From a virus: a DNA stretch of 64,000 nt. This document shows positions 9,183-16,388 of this stretch, in pieces. Every line of letters begins with the position of its first letter. The first letter of the stretch is position 1. A program made the translations under genes and the position numbers. Under the pieces are notes generated by a model. It did not search any database and was not told the origin of the DNA. It saw only the letters and a program-made list of their open reading frames with translations. The stretch covers positions 1-64,000 of the IMG/VR virus record IMGVR_UViG_3300008120_000016. One strand, 5' to 3'.

Positions 9183-9996
9183 TCTTTAAGTTTTTATCTT
9201 CTAACCAATGAATAAGAGAGATGGCTTCCTGTTTTAAATAAGGAAGGTCATATTGAATTACATCCAATACAATAGGATTCCCATCATTATCAAGAGCAGT
9301 AATAGGATTATCAAATTTGTCCCTCCCAGCTTCCTCGAACAAAATGTGATGAATAGTGAGAGATCCTGGACGAAGCTTAGGATTATGCTTAAGAATAATA
9401 TAGAGATACATGCTAAGCTGAAGAGCATAATGATTAATATGGCAATCGTCAAGATGGTTAACAGGAGGATCCATTTTTTGAGTGACCCCTTCCCAATCGG
9501 TAAAGCCTTCAAGTTTTATTTCTTTATTTGTTTTATAATCGGTGATATGTACTTCACCATTTATTACTTCAACTAAATCAGATTGTCCGCATATACCAGC
9601 ACTTTTCAAATATACTAAATGTTCAGGATAAATACCATCTGTTAGTTTTTGATTAGGACTATGTTTAACCCCCTCGATTTCGATGGGTTTAAAAACTGGT
9701 ATTGTATGTCCATGTCTTTCCATATTCTGGAAAGAACATATATCAGATTCTCTACAATTATGATACCATGTCCCAAGTGTTGTTGCTCTGTTAGCTTCAG
9801 CTTTCCAAGCTTGTCTAATTTCTTCTGGTGTCATTCCATACCACTTACTCTTTTTATTTACAGAACACTTTCTAGAAATTTCATCAGCTTTAAAAGGTTG
9901 CTTAAACTTAGATACTAAACTTGTAACACTTAACCAATTTGTACCATCATCACTAACATATTCATGTTTGTCAGGATAAAATTTGATTATGCTCAT
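9172..9996 (-). CDS. PD-(D/E)xK (Cas4/RecB-like) exonuclease
   Basis: GICGQSDLV...HITDYKT and YALQLSMY motifs. Confidence 0.8.
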   Translation of the reverse strand: MSIIKFYPDKHEYVSDDGTNWLSVTSLVSKFKQPFKADEISRKCSVNKKSKWYGMTPEEIRQAWKAEANRATTLGTWYHNCRESDICSFQNMERHGHTIPVFKPIEIEGVKHSPNQKLTDGIYPEHLVYLKSAGICGQSDLVEVINGEVHITDYKTNKEIKLEGFTDWEGVTQKMDPPVNHLDDCHINHYALQLSMYLYIILKHNPKLRPGSLTIHHILFEEAGRDKFDNPITALDNDGNPIVLDVIQYDLPYLKQEAISLIHWLEDKNLKNVV

Positions 9997-10325
9997 ATTC
10001 CTAATTTTTGTTTTAATTTATCTTCCTCTTCTTCAGATAGTTCTGCTTTCCATTTACCAAGAGGACATTCTGAACTAAGAGCTCTAGTCTTTAGTGAAAG
10101 ACTACATCCACATCCACCTTTCTTTTCATTACAACATGGCTGCGTTCCAGGCACCATACACCCGTCACCTTGCACATCTAAAAGTTCACATTCACCACAA
10201 ATTTGCATTCTATGTTGTGCAATCTCTTCTACATCTTCTTTCTTAAATATAGAGTTGGTAATTCCCTCAAGAATCTGACCCTTGCTCTTCCATATCTTTA
10301 TTATGTTTTTTCCTAGACTTGACAT
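9993..10325 (-). CDS. Cys-rich putative Zn-binding protein
   Basis: RMQICGEC, PCC, GCGCSL...KTR...SECPLGKW pattern. Confidence 0.65.
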   Translation of the reverse strand: MSSLGKNIIKIWKSKGQILEGITNSIFKKEDVEEIAQHRMQICGECELLDVQGDGCMVPGTQPCCNEKKGGCGCSLSLKTRALSSECPLGKWKAELSEEEEDKLKQKLGI

Positions 10326-10692
10326 TAGCTTTAGTTTTATGTAGTTTAATAAAGTCTTTTCTTTGGTTTTCTTCTGTTATGACTTTCTGTACAGCTTTTA
10401 AATTAAACAAGTTTTCAGATACTTTAAATCTTGAAATCATTTGTTGCACACCTCTCTGTTTATTTTTTTCTTCCCATCCTTCATAAGATTTTATTTTTCC
10501 TTCTAACTTCCAATGTTTAATTGTAAAGTCTCCAAGGTTTGTTATATGTATTCTTGGATGAGATAAATCCGATAAACTTTTTCTTACCTCTTCCCAATAA
10601 TAGTTTATTACAGATTCAACTAAACCCTCTGATTCATTTAGTTCTTTAGCTACTTCTTTAATAAACTCTTTACTCTTGATTGGTCTCAACAC
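10267..10692 (-). CDS. HU/IHF-like DNA-binding protein
   Basis: SKEFIKEVAKEL...VESVINYYWEEVRKSL...RIHITNLGDF matches the HU fold pattern. Confidence 0.6.
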   Translation of the reverse strand: MLRPIKSKEFIKEVAKELNESEGLVESVINYYWEEVRKSLSDLSHPRIHITNLGDFTIKHWKLEGKIKSYEGWEEKNKQRGVQQMISRFKVSENLFNLKAVQKVITEENQRKDFIKLHKTKANVKSRKKHNKDMEEQGSDS

Positions 10693-11041
10693 TTAAAAAT
10701 TTAAAGTCAAGTAGAACGTTTCCTAATGCTTGTATTTTTAAATCAGGATTAATATAAATTTTCTTTTTATTCTTACCTTCTTTTTTAATTAAGTCTTTCT
10801 TTTCAGCTTTTGTTAAACAGTTTCTAACTGATTGTGTAGAAGAAAAAATTTCTTTAGTATGAGCTTTATTACAAAAACTTGTAAGCTCTTGGTCTCCTTC
10901 TATAGTTAAATATGTTAAACAATCTAAATCTGAATCACTAATCGTTATCTTATTTAAATAACAATGAGTAAGTAGTTGATATTTTACAATATCCCACTTA
11001 TTCATTCTTACTTTTTTGTTTATTTGGTTTACTAGTGCCAT
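10670..11041 (-). CDS. Conserved protein with probable winged HTH
   Basis: QSVRNCLTKAEKKDLIKKEG...IYINP. Confidence 0.5.
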   Translation of the reverse strand: MALVNQINKKVRMNKWDIVKYQLLTHCYLNKITISDSDLDCLTYLTIEGDQELTSFCNKAHTKEIFSSTQSVRNCLTKAEKKDLIKKEGKNKKKIYINPDLKIQALGNVLLDFKFLSVETNQE

Positions 11042-11475
11042 TATAAATCTAGTTTAAAACTGACATAATCTTCTTTTGTATTTTCCCAGTTTTTGTATGT
11101 TAGTATTTCTGTAGCTCCAAAGTTTTGGAATATTTTCCAACTGGCTCCTTTTCTTGCTTCACCAGTTAAATAGTTGTAATCAGAATTAGTCCCCCATTCT
11201 ATAGCCAATCTTATAAGCTCATGACCTAAACCTTTACCCCTGTGATTTGGTAAAACAGTGAAACCATCTATGTGCAGCACGTTGGTTGATTGCCACGACA
11301 ACAAAATCTCACCGATCAAATCTAGTTTTTCTTTAAGCCATATACCTTGGAAGTTTTTTTCTTCCTGTAACATATAAAGTTTATACGAAGGTTCCCATCT
11401 TAATTGAGCTGGATGCTCTTTTTCAAACTTTATTGTTTCCTTATAATCTTTAAGCTTATAGACGGGGGACATCAT
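11041..11475 (-). CDS. GNAT-family acetyltransferase
   Basis: Acetyl-CoA-binding motif A: FTVLPNHRGKGLGHELI. Confidence 0.8.
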   Translation of the reverse strand: MMSPVYKLKDYKETIKFEKEHPAQLRWEPSYKLYMLQEEKNFQGIWLKEKLDLIGEILLSWQSTNVLHIDGFTVLPNHRGKGLGHELIRLAIEWGTNSDYNYLTGEARKGASWKIFQNFGATEILTYKNWENTKEDYVSFKLDL

Positions 11476-11478
11476 TCT

Positions 11479-11793
11479 TTACTTCTTTTTCAATCCTCTT
11501 TCTTTTTTAGCAGGAGTTTCTTCTACCATAACTTCATCTCCCACTTTAAATCCTTGCTCAGCTAATTCAGGATTGTTTTGAATATCTTCATCAGTGATGG
11601 TATGAGGCTTACCTTGTGAAGATGGATTTGTCATCTGTGCAATAAAACTTAAAGCTTTTAACTCTTCAGCTCTAGCTACAGCTAACTTAGTGTTTAATTC
11701 TTGAAGATGAAGTTGCTGACCTTTCACTTCAATTTGCTCTTTAAGAAATTCTAAGATTTCTTCTTTTGTTGGAACTTTTTGTTCTTCTGACAT
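11479..11793 (-). CDS. Hypothetical coiled-coil protein
   Basis: 104 aa ORF in the operon. Confidence 0.6.
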   Translation of the reverse strand: MSEEQKVPTKEEILEFLKEQIEVKGQQLHLQELNTKLAVARAEELKALSFIAQMTNPSSQGKPHTITDEDIQNNPELAEQGFKVGDEVMVEETPAKKERGLKKK

Positions 11794-11810
11794 AACTATG
11801 GGTTTTTGGT

Positions 11811-12140
11811 TTATAATTCAAAATTATCGTCTTCATCTGGAGGAGGTGGGGGAAAATCAATTCCATATATAGTACCGTAATTATTATAATAGTCCTCAAA
11901 TATTTTAGCAAACTGCTCAAAATGAGTATCTATAATATACGTGTTACCGTTTCTTAAAAATACAGTGGTGCAGTTAAACACTTCACTATCTGGCTCATCT
12001 GTAGTCATCTTAATAACATCTACACTACCTAAATCAAATAAAAAAGGTAGCCATTTACCTTTATCTTCTATACCTAGACTATCTGCTTTCTCTTTATCAA
12101 GAGAATAACATTGAACTTTACACCTGTGTACTACTTTCAT
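11811..12140 (-). CDS. Hypothetical protein
   Basis: 109 aa ORF with a Pro/acidic tail. Confidence 0.6.
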   Translation of the reverse strand: MKVVHRCKVQCYSLDKEKADSLGIEDKGKWLPFLFDLGSVDVIKMTTDEPDSEVFNCTTVFLRNGNTYIIDTHFEQFAKIFEDYYNNYGTIYGIDFPPPPPDEDDNFEL

Positions 12141-12355
12141 ATTGATTGACTTTTTCTTGGTGATTGATTATATTGTGAATAGTTCATAAACTTACTCCTA
12201 TTGTTTTGCTTAATCATATTATAAGCAAGCATTCTTTCAGCTAACCCATCTCTAACATCAATTACAGGTATGTTTACTGGCATACCATACTTGTTTGTTG
12301 TTTGAAGATAATGACTAAGTTTATCTTCCACTTCAACCTTTTTCATTTGTTCCAT
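12137..12355 (-). CDS. Hypothetical protein, first gene of the leftward operon
   Basis: 72 aa ORF just downstream of a TAnnTTTG box. Confidence 0.55.
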   Translation of the reverse strand: MEQMKKVEVEDKLSHYLQTTNKYGMPVNIPVIDVRDGLAERMLAYNMIKQNNRSKFMNYSQYNQSPRKSQSI

Positions 12356-12386
12356 ACTATAATATACTTTAAATGTTTAAACTTAA

Positions 12387-12394
12387 CAAATTTA
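12387..12394 (-). promoter_or_regulatory. Bacteroidota sigma-type -7 box (TAAATTTG)
   Basis: Matches the TAnnTTTG consensus 32 nt upstream of the ATG at 12355. Confidence 0.55.
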
Positions 12395-12492
12395 CTTATA
12401 AATATTTTTAACAACATTTTTTATTTATCCCCACCTTGTTAATATACCCTCCCCCCTTATTTCTTTTGTGATAGAGGATGTGAATACTTTCC

Positions 12493-12555
12493 TAGCCAGA
12501 AGCCCCCGGCTGGCTCACAGCTTGGGGGTACCCCCTCAAAGCTGAGGAGGAAAGC
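12493..12555. repeat. GC-rich inverted-repeat cluster incl. perfect palindrome GGGGGTACCCCC (12524-12535)
   Basis: AGCCAG/CTGGCT stem, 12-bp palindrome and CCTCA/TGAGG stem in the intergenic divergence point. Confidence 0.7.
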
Positions 12556-12679
12556 TGAAAACATGGAAAAAAAATCAAACCACAATCCTAGGAAGAAGAA
12601 CAACACACAGAGACACAGAGACAAAGTTCTTTTCCTTTGTAATCTTGATAACTCTATTCACTAACTAAAATCTATTCAA

Positions 12680-12970
12680 ATGAAAAAGAGTGTACAAATC
12701 TTCATCGGTGGCAGAGAGCTGTCTGTCACTAAACTATTATCAGCGTTATTGTTCATAGCATCCATAATATGGTTTGTTATGGGCATAATACAAATCGAAC
12801 CTCAACAGTTAAAGGGACTATTCTTAATCCTAACAACTGGTACATGGATGACAGCATCTGCTTACATATGGCAGATGGCATACCCTGAACACTACAGAAA
12901 CTACAATTATGCAATACTGATATTTAGTATCACAGTGTTGGCATCAATTGGTTATCAGTGGGCTGTATAA
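12680..12970 (+). CDS. Small multi-pass membrane protein
   Basis: 96 aa with three hydrophobic segments. Confidence 0.65.
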   Translation: MKKSVQIFIGGRELSVTKLLSALLFIASIIWFVMGIIQIEPQQLKGLFLILTTGTWMTASAYIWQMAYPEHYRNYNYAILIFSITVLASIGYQWAV

Positions 12971-12985
12971 CAGCTCAATCTCATT

Positions 12986-13013
12986 AAGCCCTTATTTCCA
13001 TAAGGGCTTTTTT
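12986..13013 (+). terminator. Rho-independent terminator
   Basis: AAGCCCTTAT-TTCC-ATAAGGGCTT followed by a T-tract. Confidence 0.75.
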
Positions 13014-13118
13014 CCTTTATAATATTGGAGAATAGTCACAGGGCTTAACATTTAAACCTGTTATAAATAAGAGCACTATCTCTCCTTATTATATATTCCT
13101 TAACCAAAAAGCAAAAAC

Positions 13119-13292
13119 ATGAAAAAGCTTTTAACACTCATCATTGTAATTGGATTATTTACTAGCTGTACACGCTACACTGTAGACGGTGTCACTAGTG
13201 GAGGTTGCGGAGTTTGGTATGAAAAAAAGTTCAAACCAAACAAAGTACCCAAACAAAGAAACATTCACAACAGAATGCCAGTAATCCATTAA
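13119..13292 (+). CDS. Small putative lipoprotein (57 aa)
   Basis: Hand translation MKKLLTLIIVIGLFTSC...; classic signal II with lipobox. Confidence 0.6.
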   Translation: MKKLLTLIIVIGLFTSCTRYTVDGVTSGGCGVWYEKKFKPNKVPKQRNIHNRMPVIH

Positions 13293-13368
13293 TTCATTTA
13301 AGACCCTTTAATTAGGGTCTTTTCAAATTCCTTTATAAACTCGGTATATATATTCCTTAATCTTAAAA

Positions 13369-13683
13369 ATGTTTAAAATGAAAAAAGAAGGAGCAGTTAT
13401 TTTAATTGCAGCCATTTTAGTAGGCTGCTTAACATTTGCGTTATCAGTTGGATGCAGCAGTAAATCAGGTCAAAGAACTAAAAAGAAGTTCAGAACTATT
13501 GACAACAGCATCAAAATCACATTTGTTGATTCCGTAGACGGTAGACCTACATACTATGTAGAGTTTCCAGACGGAAGAGGGTTGGATCAAATGTATCCAG
13601 AAGAAATCGCCAACAGTCTCAACACCGGTCACTGGAGTTATGATGAGACATTGATTATTGTTGGAGAAGATTCTGCACCTTAA
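13369..13683 (+). CDS. Putative lipoprotein
   Basis: Hydrophobic N-terminus ending LSVGC-SS. Confidence 0.6.
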   Translation: MFKMKKEGAVILIAAILVGCLTFALSVGCSSKSGQRTKKKFRTIDNSIKITFVDSVDGRPTYYVEFPDGRGLDQMYPEEIANSLNTGHWSYDETLIIVGEDSAP

Positions 13684-13729
13684 ACCTTATTAGTTAGGTT
13701 AGGAATGAGTAGGGACTTAACAGTCCCGA

Positions 13730-13774
13730 AAAATATATTCCAATCTCAACTTTCAGTTGAGAACACCTTTATAA
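13730..13774 (+). promoter_or_regulatory. Conserved-flank triloop hairpin element 1 (candidate virion-RNAP promoter)
   Basis: AAAATATATTCCAA-TCTCAACT-TTC-AGTTGAGA-ACACCTTTATAA. Confidence 0.6.
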
Positions 13775-13876
13775 TCTTGATATAATAATTATATAATAGC
13801 AGCATTATATAGTTAAGTGGTTATTTTTTTCCTTTAATAATTCGATAGTTATTTCTTAACCAAAAAATTATTTAAA

Positions 13877-14305
13877 ATGAAAAGCGAAAAACTATTCGGA
13901 TTTAGTTCCATTAGAATTAACGGTCAAGTATGCTTGACCACGAACATCACAATCTCTGCTGCCACAACACTCAACGCAGAAATGCAAGAACTCCGAGATA
14001 TGGGAGTATCTGTATGGCACACACCAAAATTAGTTGGTAGAAAAGGTAAACAGAAAGAAAAACAGTTTATCCAAATCCAACATAACACATTCGATTTTCT
14101 CCAACATTCTGCTGTTAGAACTGCAGTTCAACTATTCCTCGAGAAAGTGTATTTAGAACGCATCAGATGCAAATACTCTAAATATCACAAATCCGAGCAA
14201 ACCAATATTACTCCGCAAGAATACTACGAGTATGAAGGATTAAATTGGGATGAACCAACAGAACAACCGGTTGCAGACTTCAACATTGAAGACATTGATT
14301 TTTAA
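13877..14305 (+). CDS. Hypothetical early protein
   Basis: 142 aa ORF with an acidic tail, own upstream element and terminator. Confidence 0.65.
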   Translation: MKSEKLFGFSSIRINGQVCLTTNITISAATTLNAEMQELRDMGVSVWHTPKLVGRKGKQKEKQFIQIQHNTFDFLQHSAVRTAVQLFLEKVYLERIRCKYSKYHKSEQTNITPQEYYEYEGLNWDEPTEQPVADFNIEDIDF

Positions 14306-14399
14306 GAGTGTTCATAATCACAGCCTTCTATTTCTATAGAGGGCTCTTTTTTTCCTTTATTAAATCGGTACATATTCTTTAACCTTAAATTGATTTGCT

Positions 14400-14612
14400 A
14401 TGATGCACTTCTTATTCTCTACAGAAATCGTTTCTTCATTTGAGAACGATGTTGACATTCACGTCGAATTTAAAGACGTATTGGTAGCTGCTGCTGATTA
14501 TGAAAAAGCAGTAGAAACATTGGAGTACATTTGTAACTACCGAAACGAGTACAAGTATTCTCAATTAGCAACCTACAACTATATTGGTTGTTATGAGAAT
14601 GATGAGTATTAA
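14400..14612 (+). CDS. Hypothetical early protein
   Basis: 70 aa acidic ORF. Confidence 0.55.
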   Translation: MMHFLFSTEIVSSFENDVDIHVEFKDVLVAAADYEKAVETLEYICNYRNEYKYSQLATYNYIGCYENDEY

Positions 14613-14667
14613 CCTCTTTAGGTTAAGAATCCCCGAAGCAGTACAATCTGTTAGGGGATTTTTTTCT

Positions 14668-14706
14668 AAAATATATTCCATTCACCTACGGTGAACACCT
14701 TTATAA
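14668..14706 (+). promoter_or_regulatory. Conserved-flank triloop hairpin element 2
   Basis: AAAATATATTCCAT-TCACC-TAC-GGTGA-ACACCTTTATAA. Confidence 0.6.
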
Positions 14707-14803
14707 TATTGGATAATAATAGTATCGTGTACCGTGTATCGTGGTACATTTTACCTTTTGAAAATAGGTATTTATATTTCTTAATCCATTAAAAAAATAA
14801 CAA

Positions 14804-15322
14804 ATGGAAAATCTGATTAAAAAATCATTAGAATTGGCAGGATTTCAAAACGTCGAAGCTCTTACAAAAGTTGTGTCTTTATCTCCCAATCCAAGGGTAG
14901 CCGCAGAAGTATTGTTAAACTGTCACACACCAATGACACCTGAAAACTTTGGGTTTTATTGGACTCGTAAGTATGACAGTGATAAACAAGTTACAATCAG
15001 TTCTGTAGATGAATTGGCTAATACCGTAACCTATCTCGTGTATACATACGCGACCCAAACGGTTTGGTTTCCAACAGAAGCTGATTATAAAGCCGAAAAC
15101 TTTGTTATTGAAAAACCTGAAAAGAGTTACACTAGTAGGAACATCAGAACAAAGGGCTATAAGTATGAAGAAAACACTGAAAACATTGAGTCATTCCTTG
15201 GAAATCATACCAAATCAGATGCAGGAAAATTCTATAAATGGCTCGAAGAGTCAGAATTGTATGTTAACCCCAAACTGCAAGAGGCTATTGCTGCTGTAGA
15301 TAAGGATCTTATTGACTTCTAA
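14804..15322 (+). CDS. Hypothetical early protein
   Basis: 172 aa ORF. Confidence 0.65.
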   Translation: MENLIKKSLELAGFQNVEALTKVVSLSPNPRVAAEVLLNCHTPMTPENFGFYWTRKYDSDKQVTISSVDELANTVTYLVYTYATQTVWFPTEADYKAENFVIEKPEKSYTSRNIRTKGYKYEENTENIESFLGNHTKSDAGKFYKWLEESELYVNPKLQEAIAAVDKDLIDF

Positions 15323-15372
15323 ATGTTTGTTTTCCTGTTTGTTTGAAGGGCTGCACATTAGTGTAGCTCTTT

Positions 15373-15410
15373 AAAATTATTCCAATCCCCTTCGGGGAAC
15401 ACCTTTATAA
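15373..15410 (+). promoter_or_regulatory. Conserved-flank triloop hairpin element 3
   Basis: AAAATTATTCCAA-TCCCC-TTC-GGGGA-ACACCTTTATAA. Confidence 0.6.
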
Positions 15411-15512
15411 GCTTGGCAGTTTATAGTTTATTGGACATTTTGTAGTTTGTAGTTATTATTTTTCCTTTATTAAATCGTATTTTATTATTCACCCTCTAAA
15501 TCCCCATTCAAA

Positions 15513-16025
15513 ATGGCAACAGAGAAACTTACTATTAGCAGCGTAGACAATTTCCAACAGAGATTTGGTTCAACAGACTACGCAATGTTTAACGCAACTA
15601 CTCCTAATGGAGATAGTATTGTAACGGGTATTTCTTATACCCTATTACAAAGCCGTGGTATTAACACAGACTTGCTTGATTCTTTAGCAGGTTCTCTTAT
15701 CCTTGTAAACGATTCTACGGATATCCGTACAGGAGAGTTTATTGAGGGTAATGAAAGGGTTCGTAAAGTAGCAGAGAAAGAACCCGGAAATTCAGTTCTC
15801 CTTGTTTCAAAGGCTAATGGCTCTATTATTAAATCAGAGCTTTATTCTACTGAAACCAAAGATTTAGCTTCTTCCACACAGGCTAAATTCAAAGTAGAAA
15901 TGGAGAAAGAGAGAGTACTTCAGGCAGCCCGTCGTACTGCAGCAAAGTTTGCTATTAAAGCTGAACCCACAGTTGCAGCTCCTAAAACTGAAGCAGCCCT
16001 TGACACGAACGAAGACCCGTTCTAA
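15513..16025 (+). CDS. Hypothetical protein (possible ssDNA-binding-like)
   Basis: 170 aa; beta-rich core and an acidic C-terminal tip ending DPF, similar to SSB tails (inference). Confidence 0.45.
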   Translation: MATEKLTISSVDNFQQRFGSTDYAMFNATTPNGDSIVTGISYTLLQSRGINTDLLDSLAGSLILVNDSTDIRTGEFIEGNERVRKVAEKEPGNSVLLVSKANGSIIKSELYSTETKDLASSTQAKFKVEMEKERVLQAARRTAAKFAIKAEPTVAAPKTEAALDTNEDPF

Positions 16026-16043
16026 TAAGCCGGTTGAACTATT

Positions 16044-16075
16044 AAGAGAGCCTATCTAACAATAGGCTCTCTTTT
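16044..16075 (+). terminator. Rho-independent terminator
   Basis: AAGAGAGCCTAT/ATAGGCTCTCTT stem followed by Ts. Confidence 0.75.
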
Positions 16076-16165
16076 ATTAGAACGAACAACACACCAACTT
16101 CGTTGACATAGGGACAATGTACGGACAATAAACCGTGTGCTGTGTGTAGTGTATCGTGTGATATA

Positions 16166-16181
16166 TGTTCCACGTGAAACA
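16166..16181. promoter_or_regulatory. parS: parS-like centromere site TGTTCCACGTGAAACA
   Basis: One mismatch from the perfect bacterial parS palindrome TGTTTCACGTGAAACA; intergenic. Confidence 0.7.
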
Positions 16182-16374
16182 TAAAGGAACCAAAACAGAA
16201 CAACGTGTGAAAATTGGATAGGTTGTGGGTTTAGGTTCCTTTTATTTTTGTTTAGTTAAATGGTATAAGTAATTGATTTGTAGTGACGTGTATGAACGAT
16301 AGTCAAGCACACCGTAATATTTCAATACCTTTATATATCAAATTTAACAAACTACAAATCGGATTAAATAGCTA

Positions 16375-16382
16375 TAAATTTG
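16375..16382 (+). promoter_or_regulatory. Bacteroidota -7 box (TAAATTTG) upstream of the large ORF-free structured region
   Basis: TAnnTTTG match; a second, divergent copy lies on the minus strand at 16339-16346. Confidence 0.55.
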
Positions 16383-16388
16383 CCAATC

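Noticed and set aside
14722-14743. GTATCGTG direct repeat (also at 16151)
   Set aside because: Only three short copies; not enough to call iterons.
15386-15398. Reading the hairpin loops as RNA cUUCGg/cUACGg tetraloops
   Set aside because: The tetraloop register breaks the stems (3 bp or fewer), whereas the triloop register gives perfect 5-8 bp stems in all three copies.
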